Of a stretch of 64,000 nucleotides of DNA, positions 26,685-39,425 are shown in pieces. Below the pieces are notes generated by a model. The model searched no databases. It was not told where the DNA came from and saw only the letters and a list, made by a program, of their open reading frames with translations. The position numbers were made by a program, and so were the translations under genes. The stretch spans positions 78,494,001 through 78,558,000 of the forward strand of contig NC_087437.1 in the NCBI RefSeq assembly GCF_036321535.1, in the 5' to 3' direction. Each line of letters opens with the position of its first letter. Positions within the stretch are counted from its first letter, which is position 1. Origin of the DNA: Camelus dromedarius. Taxonomy: Eukaryota.

Positions 26685-29600
26685 CTGGAAGAAACAAAAA
26701 AGATACAAATATATTTTCAAGGCCAAACTTTCTCTCAGTGTTCTGTAGAGTATTTTCTATTCAGCGTCTTTACATTTTGTTATATGGGAGATGTAGCTGG
26801 ACAACGTCGAATGGAGAAAAGACCTCTTAACTACCACTGTGAGCATTTGGGTATTTTCCACTGTTTTTCAATGGGAGACCTGGCCAGGGAAGTGCTGACA
26901 ATGTTCCATTTTAACTATTAAAAAAAAAATACGTTAGCAGCAGAATCACATTCTTATTTGTTGCTGTAAGTATGGACATTTTCTTTACTGTCATTTTCAA
27001 TTCTTGAATACTGGAGAGTTCTTACTTCCTAAAGGGGATCATTTGAAGGAGAAAGTTTTTTTTGTCTATTTCAGACAAGGGCTAATTTTTTTCAGATTCT
27101 GTTCATGCAAAACTTAATGCATGAAAGAATAAAGAAATCAAGATAAGGGTAACTGTCAGCAGAAAATGATTTCTTTCCACGTTTCCTTGTACTCGCTGAC
27201 TGCCAGTAAGGATCTGTAGTGCACATTTCTTTTGTCTATCTTGCTACACCTAACATTCCAATGCAACAGAAGTGGGATGAAGGATAGCCTAGCTTGATGC
27301 CTTTTCAAAATTATAAAATCCTGAAAGTCATTCCATTCAGACAGACATATGTAAACAATATCCTGCTTTTAGTGAAACTGATGCATGCAGCCCTGAATGC
27401 AAACATATAGAGAGAGCAACAAAGAAAGAAATATGGTATTTCACATTTGAAGCTTTCACATGGCTTTTGTGCTTTGTGTAAGTTCTGAATTCATTATCAA
27501 ATACATTCTTTCAAAATCGACTCAAAGAGCTGCCAAAGGATAATTTAGGGAGGGGAGAAACAAAATGAAAACACAGTTGTTTAGAGTTTAAACAATACAT
27601 CATTTTCAAATAAAATGTCTATAGTAAATTGCAGATTAAGGGAGAAAATGATTATGTTCTGTGATTGAGTTTCTAAAGCCACAGGGCTTTTGTGATGAGA
27701 AGGGGCATCTACATACAATGGAAATGAAGGCTGAAAATGTGTGTAATCATACAGTTTTCTGTTTTGAAGTGTTTTGTATATGTTTCTGTGTGTGTGAGTG
27801 TGTGTGTGTATGTTTCAGAAGGCATTGTTTTAATTGCCTACATAACTTCTCTTATCAACCTATCTGGGTCCAATAGTACTAACATTTTGCTCACCTTTCA
27901 ACTTCTTTAAATTTTCTCCCTGGTTTGAAACAACATAAATTTGGCTTCCTCATCAAGAAGTTCATTTAGCTGCAGCTTGATTGCAAGTAATTTGCCCTAA
28001 GTAGTTCCATCTTTTAATTGTCTGTGCCTTTTTCCAATCTATAAACTGTAACTTCAGGCAGGCCATTTTTGTCTTACTATTTCCCCCTTAGAAAAGCACG
28101 TCTAATAACCCCCCATCCGGTGGCTTTAGGCATCCCTCTCCACGTGAACAGAAGGAATAGGATATTCATGCAGCTCTAATTGATTTACAAAATAAATCCC
28201 CCCAATTTTTTTGTATCTGGAAAGAGGTAAATCAAATATGAGCCACAGAATTTAATGTTGTGTCTTTTGCTATTTTTAAGAGGAAGACATAGAAAGGAAA
28301 GGCGAACATCAGTACCTATGACTACTAAGGTCAACAGCAAGAAAGTTCTGGTTTACATCAGAGATACTGTAAAAGGAAAGGTTTTTGTGTTTTGTTTTGT
28401 TTTTCCCAATACCAGTTTGGATATTCCTCAAATTCTTATTTTATTCTGAAACTGAAGAAAGGTATTCTGGCCATTTTGAACTGGCATAATTCTCTCTAAT
28501 GGAGACAAAAAATAAGACATCATTACATTTCAAGTCCATGAATAAAACACTCTTTTTAGGATAATCTTATTGAAGCTCGAAGATATAAGATACTGTTTCC
28601 AGATCAGTTTATTTCTTGCAATTAATGCATTTTACCTAAAGTACACCATAAATGTATGAGTTAGATAGCAGTATATTCATAGATAAACCATTCTAAGCAT
28701 GTAAACTACATCTTTCTGATCGGTACTTTTTCTTTACTTTATTCTGAAACTAACTGATAAAATGTAAAATATTTCTTTTCCTCCCCAAAATATAAAGAGC
28801 AATTAATGTATTTTCATTTGTTTATTTATACTTTTAGTAAGTACCAGACACTTTCTTAATCTCTTTGTTCTCTAACCAAGTGAGCATTTTCCCTGCATTC
28901 TTGCTTTAGAGACCATAGTGGGCATATCAAATATTTGAATTATACAGTTCTAAAAAAAGTAGTAAACAGGAGACCTGTTGCCAGCATGCCTCTGACTTCA
29001 GAAAGATTAGGAATCCAGGGATTAGCATTTTAACATTTCATTATAAACCCAAGGTTAGATCATTGACTAACCATTTAATTAACTATTTCCTATCACATTC
29101 TTTACAAAAAAGAAAAATGTAATTTGAAAGAAACGTCATGAAGATAAGAAAAATTCTTTACCTATGTTAGGATGTTTAGTTTACCATTTAGTTTAAATAC
29201 ACTTTCTTAAAGATCAGAAAAGTGAGATCAAGCTACAGTTTACTTTAACTTTTCATCCTAACTAGTAGACAAAAGACCTTGAGTGTTTTATTTTCCTACA
29301 GAATGTTTGGAACACCAAGCTTAACAACCAGAAACTCTTTGAGTAAAAGCATCAGTCTTTTACTACTCCTTTTTTTCAGAAATTAAGAAATAAAAAGTAA
29401 AATTTGCTTTATCAGTTATTAAAGTGATGACTGATTTCAGTTCTACTTTGATTCAGAGTTCACTTCTGGGCTAGAATTCTCTTACCTAATCTAGGTCTTT
29501 CTCTCTGAGCATACTGTTAGTCTACCTTCTATAAACTTACGATTTTTTTTCCCTTTGTAAACTTTAGCATTATAAAAGCAAGACCTATGGGCTGGATTCA

Positions 29601-29889
29601 CAAAAGGATTCCACTTGGTATACTTAAGGCCAAGTTACTGTCAAGTTTATGACAGTTCTGCTAGTGATACAGAAACTTGCCATGTAGAGAGATTAGATAA
29701 CAACACTACAGCCCTTCCTCACAGTGATGCAGAGATGCAGATCTGTCCCAAGGGATCTGGGCCCTTAGAAATGCAACTGTTTTAAATAAATATCACGTCC
29801 TAACACGTAAGTATATGTTTCACAATGTCTGAGACCTAGCCATGTTATCTATAGACATAATCTTTTGGAAAATAATAACTAGAATGCTA

Positions 29890-30175
29890 ATTCATTCATT
29901 CATTCATTTACTCATTCAACAAAAACTTACTAAGTACTTACCATGTGCAAGGCCTAAAAGTTACACAGAAGAACACAGTAGGCAAGGTTAGAAGCTTCAT
30001 GAGACAAATATTTTAGTGGGAAAGACTGAGATCAATTATTAATTGTGTGATGGTAGCTTTGTTTGGATGGTTGTAAGTGGATTCCTTAACAAAGTTTAGT
30101 TAGGGCCAGTAGCCATAAAAGGACAACATTTCAGTTGAAGTCTGAAATGTAAGAAATAGCCAGGTAAATAAGATT
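29890..30175 (-). mobile_element. L2 3' end
   Basis: TTCATTCATTCATTCATTTACTCATTCAACAAAAACTTACTAAGTACTTACCATGTGCAAGGC is the antisense L2 tail. Confidence 0.75.
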
Positions 30176-31419
30176 ATTTCAGTCCAAGATTAAAAGCACA
30201 CCTACCGCAATGTGATCTACCATTTATAGAATCACAGGACCCACTGTCAAGTACCACTGTAGTTGTCTTTATACCATGGACCTTTTATTTTACTCCAAGT
30301 TGCCTTAGCTATTTTTGTTTTTTCCCTATTATTTACTATTGTCTTAACTTTTCTATCCAAAATCAAACTGGGCAGTGGAAGTTGAGAGGAACAATGATAA
30401 TATTTTTTTTTCACACTGCCAAATCAGTATATAAGTAAAAGTTTTTTTTTTTTAATTCCTAATGCCCATAAACTAACTGTCAGCTAAATGAGACCAGAGA
30501 TAAACCTCCTGCTTCCTTTGCAGCCCACATTATACACCTAAGGGATGCACAGTTGTCACAACACAAAATCCACAAAAGCTTATTACAGTGAAAATTGTGT
30601 AAATGAGCAAATAAATAGATTTACTAGACACTATAGTCAAGAAATTATGCAGATAATGTGTTACTAATACACAAGAAACTTATACGTAGAGTCTTTGACA
30701 TTTGAAAAATATAAATTATTTAAAATAAATAATTTCATATTTAGAACAGAAATTAGCACCTGATCTCAAATTTTCACTTTTATCCATGTAGATCATCTTT
30801 CAAACCCACTGGACAGGTTGAAATACATGTAAAATGAATTCTTGGGAGTGCTGAGGCTTTTCACTGGCAAGTCTCACAATATGGTTATTTTTGGATCAGC
30901 ATCAGAAATTTGGGGGATATTATCTGACTATTCAAACAACTTAGATAATAGGTGGTGAACATCTCAGATCTTGTTCTTATCAACTCTGCCCCAAAGTAAA
31001 ATACCAGGAAAGCAATAATATTTTCCTCTGAGTCATGTATTTTTCTGTTGGTTTAAGTGTCTTTTTATTTTTTTATTTTCTAAAAATGTCTGCAGCTCAA
31101 GGTATCTGACAAAAAAATTTCTTTGAATCTGCACTTGATTATTAGTCTCACTTACTCTGTGCAACAGCAAGGATCCTATTTTCTTGGAAATATTTGAGAC
31201 AGCCTCATGGTGAGCTATAACGTTATTAATGTTGCTTGATATTTGCTTTGACAGCTGCTCTGTACTCTCTTTAATCATCTTCATCATGGTCTGTAGCTCT
31301 TTTTTCCCTCCATTTCACTTTTGACTATGCTGCTTAGAGAGGATGATGCACGCAGAAAACCTGATAAATCCCCTTTCCCTTCATAATCACCCAGATTTTT
31401 CTGTTCTACAGACTTAACT

Positions 31420-31545
31420 TCATTCCTTCATTCTCACATTTATTTATGCAATAAATATGTATTTCAACACTTATCAAATGCAAGGCCCCAGGTGAGGAGA
31501 TATTACAGAGATGATATATGAAAACATAATTTATGCTTTTAATAA
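31420..31545 (-). mobile_element. L2 3' end fragment
   Basis: TCATTCCTTCATTCTCACATTTATTTATGCAATAAATATGTATTTCAACACTTATCAAATGCAAGGC. Confidence 0.55.
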
Positions 31546-31664
31546 ATATATTGATAAATGTAATACATTAACAAATGTCTTAATGCACATTTAAGATTTT
31601 ACAAACTTAGCCTGGCTAAGACAGGCTAACAACAGGATAGTAGCCTGTGACAGATCCTTAACAC

Positions 31665-31900
31665 GGAAGCTAAGAGTGTGCGTTCTGCAGTGAAACAGAT
31701 GGGGATTTGAATCCTGACTTCACAACTTACTAGCTAAATGATGCTGTATGAACTGTTAAGCTACTTAATATCTTCCCATTTATCCCCAAACTTTAGTTTT
31801 CTTGTCTGTGAAGTGGGAATAATATTATACCTTTTTTAGTGAGGATTAAATACATGTAAGGCCTAGGTCATAATCAAATCAAATAAGTGACAATAGTGAT
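31665..31900 (+). mobile_element. MIR SINE
   Basis: GGATTTGAATCCTGACTTCACAACTTACTAGCT...TTAGTTTTCTTGTCTGTGAAGTGGGAATAAT...GTGAGGATTAAAT. Confidence 0.75.
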
Positions 31901-32244
31901 TATGATGGAAAGAGTGTTAATAAATATGATACAATAATAATGACTAATAAAATTAATTATAATAATAAGGTAAAGCTCATGATAAATAAAGATTTAGAAA
32001 TCATGGAACGTGAAACTAGAGGTACGAGGGGGAATCTTGCCTTGAGGCAGCAATTGACATGAGCTGTCACAGTTGAATACATTGCCTAATCCAGTACATT
32101 GCTAATTAGAGAGACTGGAAAGAAGTTCTTGCCATCAATGAAGAATCTCAAAATAAATATCCTAAACCAACAGCATAGCATAGATTTCTTCACTTAACCC
32201 CTACATCAACCCAATAAGCTAAGTACTTCCCTTCCCTACACTTT

Positions 32245-32345
32245 AGTCACCATTTTATAGGTGAGCAACTGAGGCACAGAGTAGGTAAATCACTCTTTCC
32301 ACTCCCAGCTAGGAATGAGGGGAGCAAGAATATTAACACAGATTA
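32245..32345 (-). mobile_element. MIR core fragment
   Basis: CCATTTTATAGGTGAGCAACTGAGGCACAGAGTAGGTAAATCAC. Confidence 0.7.
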
Positions 32346-32361
32346 GCTTTCCAACAAAATA

Positions 32362-32849
32362 CAGTAGTCCGCCTTTATACACAGTTTTGCTTTCCAAAGT
32401 TTCAGTTATCTGCAGTCATCCACAGTCTGAAAATATAAAAATTAAAATTTCCAAAAAATAAACAGTTTAAAAGTTTTAAATTGCACGGTTCTGAGTATCA
32501 TGATGAAATCTTGCAGTCCTGCTCTTTCCCACCCAGAACATGGAACTTGTGTCCAGCAGATCCCGCCTGCAGGTCACTACGTAACCGGCTCAGTAATCAG
32601 ATCAGCTGTGGCTGCATGGCGGTGCTCGTGTTCACAGTACCCGTACTTTACTTAGTAATGGCCCAAGTGCATAAGAGCAGTGATGCTGGCAATTCAGATA
32701 TTCTCTTATGTGCCTAATTTATAAATTAAACTTTATCTTAGGTATATATGTATAGAAAAAATAGTATATTAGGGTTCAGTTCTGTTTGTGGTTTCAGGCT
32801 CCACTAAGGGTCTTGGAAGGTAAGCCCCTTGGATGAGGGGTGACTACCG
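32362..32849 (+). mobile_element. MER44 (Tigger7-derived, TcMar) non-autonomous DNA transposon
   Basis: TIRs CAGTAGTCCGCCTTTATAC ... GGATGAGGGGTGACTACCG with TA on both flanks (32360-32361, 32850-32851). Confidence 0.9.
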
Positions 32850-33289
32850 TATGGTCCTTATCAGGAGAAAGTACCTTCAGTTTAGCTCACATTATGTCCC
32901 AGCACACAGTGCAGTCCCTGGAACCTACTAGGTTGTGGGATAAATTGCTTCACATTCATGTTTGTTCAACAACTGGTGCTGATCCTTTGTAGGGGCTGAC
33001 CCTGATGGCAGAGGTAAAGTCTGTGATTTGCGTGGTAAGTAGTAGAGACTTTAAGCAGGGACTTAGGAACCTAGCTGTGTCGTTCATAGCTGATTGAAGG
33101 GGCAGATACTGGCTGAGAAAAGCAATATAGAAGATATTTCTGTGTATTTAGAAGATAAGAAATGAAGCTTTGGAGAAGGCAGGTAGTAATGTAGATGATT
33201 AGGATTGACTAGATGGGGAGATGTAAGGCAGTGATTTTTGGGGATGACTATGAGTAGCAGTGCTGTTAAAATAGCATGTATTGTTTTAA

Positions 33290-33535
33290 AACAACAACAG
33301 GAAGGAATGCAGACAAAAGGAAGAAGGGAAAAGTTATTGTGGGATGTAAAGCAAAGCATTTTGAATTTTAAACTGTTGTCTTTTGAGTAGTTGGGAAAAT
33401 ATCTAAATATTCAGGAAGCAGTTAGAAATGGAGTTTTGGAGCTCAGGAGTATATTTAGGTTGTAAATGCAAATTTGAAAGTTTGAGTATTGAGGTGATAT
33501 TTATAAAATGAAATGATGGAATTTCTAAGGGAGCT
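33290..33535 (-). mobile_element. L2 internal fragment
   Basis: AGGAAGCAGTTAGAAATGGAGTTTTGGAGCTCAGGAG...GGTTGTAAATGCAAATTTGAAAGT. Confidence 0.6.
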
Positions 33536-36500
33536 TCCATTTTTATTATAAAGGCTAATTTTTTTTATTCCTTCAGGTTAAGTCATAGCTCAGAAGAGGT
33601 GTAATGACAGGAAAGTCTTAGCTGAACTTTGTTCCTTGGCTAAAAACAAGACTTGAAATTCAAGTATGCTTATGAAACGCAAAAACATTTCATTTACTCA
33701 CGAGCACTAAAAATCAAGACTTAATCTCTTAGTTAAACAAATAATTAGCTCTGGAAATAATAGTTTAAACAAGCTAACTAATGGACGTTAAAATTTTCCT
33801 TTTCTGCTGAGGACTTCAGCTTTATTCAGGCTTCAGACTTCATATACACAAAATGTTGAATATACTTTGATTCTGCCAATATGAAAAGGAGGCTACTCGC
33901 TAAGTATCATGAATGGAAGTACAAGGATTCACTGTCTTTGGCATTGCCAGAATTTTCTCTTTCTATAAGGAAATGCAAGCTTATCAAGGAAAATTCCTTC
34001 TAGACAGCTCCAGGATTTGCTATTTCTCAATGTTGCTGGTGAAGGGAATAAACATCTCAACTGAGACGCAGCATTTTGCCTCTTAGGGAACAGATGTGTT
34101 GCTGTTTGCATAGCTTCCAGGGGTTCTGCCAACTAGTGGGCCTTATTGTGGAAGATAACATTGGAAGCTCTTTCAGACACACTGCTGGGAGTCAGGCTTA
34201 GATCTGCTGCTCCATGTACAGCGGCTTTTACTGTGTGTAGTTATATTTTAGGAACCGTAATTATCCTGGAAACTTAATAAATCTGTTAAACAGAGCTATG
34301 TTCAAACAGAATTAGGTGAGAGCTTTAGATCTAATTGAGATTTCCAGAGATAATTTTCAGGTATTGAAAATGAGTAAGTACAAACCAAATATATCATTGC
34401 ACTCTTCATTATAATAGTGAGGGATATATAAAGAAAATTTTATGGTATGATGTTTTATAAAAATGGTTATGGAGAAATGTTATTTTATTTTTCATAAAAA
34501 TTAATGTGACAGGGTAACATTTTTAGTGATTATAACCCCAACTCCTATATATTTATTGTCATTAAGCACTAAATTGGGAATTAGTGGATTTAATTCTTTT
34601 TTTTTTTTTTTTTTTTTAGTAAAGTACTACCTAAAAACAGCAAACAAAAAACTTAGTATCTTATGTGAAGTTCCTGGGGACTGTTTACAAGACATATTCA
34701 CAATTATTCACAGGAAATGAGAGATCACCAGGACTGAGTCAGTGATTTTGATGTAATGCCTCTGGCAAATAACTCCAGAGCACAAACACAGGCTTATCCT
34801 GAACATGTGGCAACAGGTTCTGCTTTACTGGGAAGACTTTGCAGTTCTCAGTGATAGCATTGTGCGTTATCTTATACAGTGTTTTCCTAATTAATTTTCA
34901 TTGTGCTGCTCAGTAGCTAATTAATCTGAATAAAAGATAAATGTCTCAGGGTTTATTTTAACTTGGACTAGTTGACTGACAAGACTGGAGATACTAGTCA
35001 GCATCTCATTTGGTAGAAGAAGCCAGAACAGCCTCAGGCAGGCTGTCCTGACCCCCTTACTCTCTTCTAGAAATGTCTTATCACGTGGCAGGAATGATGG
35101 CTCTACCCAGCAACTCACTCAATTTTTTAGCATTTTTGAAACCGATATTCTTCATGCCCATTAAGGATACACATTGAAAGACTGTTCAATAACTAATAGT
35201 TGAATGGTCAGAAAGAGTACCTAAGAACACAGAGATATGTCCTTTTCCCCTCTTATCCTTGCTTTCCAGCACGTCCCACCAAATTAACTAAGTTTTATGG
35301 TCTGTATATATTCATTGATAAAAATGCATGAGAAAACATTTTTTGCACTCTTAATCAACACACAATTTGTTAGTGCTACTAGTAATGCCACTTCTACTAG
35401 TGTACATCAAGAATATAACGTCAACCTTCTGCCCCTAAAATCCCCCAGGTAATCACTGGGAGAAAGCCAGTGGATCTGTACTTAATTAGAGCTTCTGTTC
35501 CTTTTTAGTCTTCCTTCTCCCCAGCCCTCCCCCGACGGAGGAGCTGATCTGTGGACAGAGCTGCTTGGTATTTCTGGCTCAGTGAGCATTCTGCTAGTGC
35601 AGTTGTGACTAAAACAGCAGTACAATGAACAATGACAATAACAGCTTCCTCCCAGAATTTTCAATTAGAGATTGTGAGGACAAACTCTTGCCACAATAAT
35701 GTGACTGATGGAATGTCATCAGGAAGAAGAAAAGAAATGAGGGAGACAAAGTAAATCAAAATTACTTGAAAAAAAAATTTAAAGAATGGAAAAACAGATG
35801 TTTGAAAGAAGTACCTAAAAAAGAAAATGACCCCCACAGAGAAGGCTTATTATTATTATTTCTGATACATGTATTTTTAAGATGTATTCTTTCCTTTCTA
35901 CCACCTAATTTTGAGAGCAATAGTCAAAGTTCACATGAGAGGTTCTAGAAGTAAAGAATTAAATAAGAAATATATTTATAAAACGTAAGCTTTTTAGAAG
36001 GCTTCAGCTGGGATGAGAAAAGCCTACATTTAGTTTCTAACTCAAGTATTTGTTATTAAAAACAACTGTTCGATATGGTTTACTAGAACCATTCTGTTTC
36101 ATTAGATCCTAAGGTATACTAATATTATACAAGCATATTTGTTTTCAAAGTCCCTTTTCTGAAATCATTTTCCCACAATGTTCTGCCCATGTTCATTTCT
36201 ACCAATATGTTGCTGCTTATAAAATATTATCCACCATGCTAAAGCGACTGTCAAACTATCAATGTCTACAGTCTAAGATAAGATGTGTGATATACACATG
36301 GGGTTTAAGTTAGATGTATACATTACAAAATAGCTCCCTGATGCTTATAGATACAGTTCTGTTTCTTACCTAGAAACCTAAAACATTAGGGAATGTAGAA
36401 ACCTAGAGTAAAATGGCATGTATGGTCAGCAGTTTACCATTAAATTGGAGTGTGGCCTAGGAAAGTCAATGGATGTGTTTTGATAGAGTACATGTATAAC

Positions 36501-37214
36501 CTTAATGAATTTGTCATTATCCTGCTCTCAGGTTTTCAGATTTAGAATCCTGATTGCTTTAGCATATTGAGCATGGGTTGCTTTCAGGGTTAGCCTCACA
36601 TTCAATAAAGTCACAGAGACTGATGTATAAAGTCAGAAAGCCAATGTCTTATTTTACAATGAGAATTCAAACCATCACACAGATTATAATACTTTTACCA
36701 GTGTAACCATATCTGTTTCTGAAAGCAGATCCTATTAGGAAGCAAATTACATTCAGAAATTTGTTTGATGTGTGCAGCATTAAGTCACAGGCCTTTAATA
36801 CCATTTATGCCTAACTCTGGTTTTGAAAAAGCATTCATTGTTTAAGAACACACTCTCTTCTGGGTCAGAAGAGTGGATAGGGAGTGACAACGCTTTTCCG
36901 GTTGTCTCTCTTTTCCGTGCTTCCAAGACTGACAATCACCTTCTAATATATTATTTACTTGATATATTAATATGTTCAATCCAATTACAGTTTATCTTGA
37001 AGGTTTGGGAGCCATTATTTTTAAGATGATTTTGCTGATCTGGAATATACTGAATTAAACATTTAGTTCAGAGGGCAGTCTTAATCCCTTTATTTCCATA
37101 GTCTTAGGTGTATCTTTATGGTACCTCATAGTTAAATTCCAAAACACAAATGATTATTTTCAATAAATATATAAATTTATCTACTTATTGCCTTTTTATA
37201 AACACTGTCCTTGA

Positions 37215-37340
37215 AAAGAAGCTAGTCTGTGTGACTCATAAAACAGGGACTGTGCCTGTCATATTTATTATTATCTCTCCAGTGCCAACTTTAATATAAG
37301 CTTATGGTAAGCACTGAATTGAAATTTGTTGAATAAATTA
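37215..37340 (+). mobile_element. L2 3' end
   Basis: ACAGGGACTGTGCCTGTCATATTTATT...TCTCCAGTGCC...GGTAAGCACTGAAT...TTGTTGAATAAAT. Confidence 0.65.
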
Positions 37341-37561
37341 ATATTAGTATTAATTTTATTAGGTGGGTACTGAAAGCAATAGCTTTCTTATCTCCCTCAT
37401 TATTAATTAATATTTATTAAGGCACAAGGATGCTTAAAACATGTAAAGAAAAGCAGACCCCCTCACAAATGTAGCCTAGGTAAACCGCATACTAAGGTTT
37501 GTCATACGTCATATTTCTTGGACGTATTTGACGTCCTGTCATGAAGAAAGAAAATTATCCT

Positions 37562-37702
37562 CGGGGGGAGGGTAGAGCTCAGTGGTGGAGTGTGTGCTTA
37601 GTATGCACAAAGTCCTGGGTTTAATCCTCAGAACCTCCAGTAAAAATAAATAAATAGATAATACCTCCCCCCCAGAAAAAAACCCACAAACAAACAAACA
37701 AA
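37562..37702 (+). mobile_element. tRNA-derived SINE (camelid Vic-1-like) with TSD
   Basis: GGGGGGAGGGTAGAGCTCAGTGGTGGAG (A box), GGGTTTAATCCTCAG (B-box-like), A-rich tail; AAAGAAAATTATC at 37547-37559 and 37703-37715. Confidence 0.9.
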
Positions 37703-39425
37703 AAAGAAAATTATCTTAAATGATGAAGGACAAACTCAGTGCTTAGTACTGATAGTAATTCACTCCTCTGAAATTATTTTCTAAATTAGTTAAGCCCCTA
37801 ATTTATTTAAGTTTATTACATTTATTTTACTTGGCCCATCCAGATTAAGCTTCTTGAATGTAGAAATGGTGACTTTAATTTTTTTGGGGGGGGGGCGGGT
37901 GTGAGGGGTGTCCACAGTTCCAAATGTAGTACTGGGGATAAAGAATAGTGCCAATAATAGTTTCTTATTTAACTGAATCTTTTATTTTTAACTTATCATT
38001 TGTCCAGTGGGCTTTCTAGTATGAGTCCTTTGTGATAAAAAGAGTGGTTGGACAAACCTGTTTTTGAACTTTATTTCAGGGAAGATATATGACCCAATGT
38101 GAGAGTGCAACTACAGACTAGACACTGAGAGATGCTCCTTCTATTCTGTTTTGAATTTGATATGGCCTAAGTCTATTCCATTAACTGCACACTACTCCAT
38201 ACCTTAGAAAACCATTCAGATCATTTATATATGTACATGTAGAACCTTGAAGGTACTGTGAACTTTAGGTAAAGTTTTTGCATTTTCTATCTGCCCTCTT
38301 CCTCCTATCACATATAAAGTGGATAAATGAAGAGAAAATAAAGGTGTTGTAAATGTCTAATCTTGCACAAAGGCAAGGGCAGAAGGCAACTGTGACAGAT
38401 GACTAAAACATATCTTAACCTCATCAATCAAGGAGTATATTTTCCCATATTTTTCACTGTCTTCAAATTGCAACTTTATTCAATACTTAGAATTGAATTT
38501 TATTTTATTTTATTTTATTCAATTCTTAGCTAGTTAATTAGTTTTCTTTGGGAGAAATCTGTAATCAAAAGGTATATATAAATGGATAAATATTCAGATG
38601 ATAGGTCTAGCTGTTAATTAATTGATCATCTTTACAAGTATTAATAACATGTTCTTTTGGATTAGTATGATTCCTTCATGAATATACATGGGAACATCCA
38701 GTTGCATATATAGGAGTCATATTTTAATTATCTTTAATGTCGTCCAGAATACAACCTCTTCCTCTGAAACAAACACCTATTTCTAAGTAAAAGCTCCCTA
38801 TCGGTTATGTTATTGATAATCATGTTTTGCTACTGATTGTAAATAGAACTTTGGAGAACATGTTATAAGCCATATATAGGACTTAAATCCCTTCCTTTGC
38901 TGCAATTCCTGCCATTGACCATCCAGACATTATTATAATTTCCTGTGGTAAGATTCTTGAAAATTCGTCTAGTTTCTTGGATAAAAGTGTTGGAATGTGT
39001 GTGTTGCTTTATTGTTTTTTTCTTAATAGTACATTGAATGTTCTTTTGTCTGATATTATTTTATTGGTATTTTTAATAATGTACTAATCTCTATTCCTTT
39101 TCTGACAGTTTAAAAAAATAAAGCCACCAAGGACGAGGTATTAAAGACCAAAGTCAGAACGGAAGTGGAAAGAAAAGATGTAGGATGTGAATGAAGGCAC
39201 GTGTGCATCTCTAATCAAAGTTTTTGATCTCTAGGGTAAATATATAAAATACTCTAGTTGCTATACAAATACTTAATCAACAATGAGTTTTTTTTTTTTT
39301 TTAACAGTGTTGAGGGAGAAATTGAGCTAGGATTTGGATAGGAAAAGGATGAGTACTCTTTCATCTGAAATGACAAAATTGCATATCTCTATCCAACTAT
39401 GCATGCACATATGTAAGTAAAAGCA

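Noticed and set aside
37563..37638. tRNA gene
   Set aside because: The tRNA-like head continues into a SINE body and A tail with TSD, and the B box is degenerate
37878..37912. G-quadruplex-like G-run
   Set aside because: Essentially one homopolymer plus two short G tracts, with no functional context
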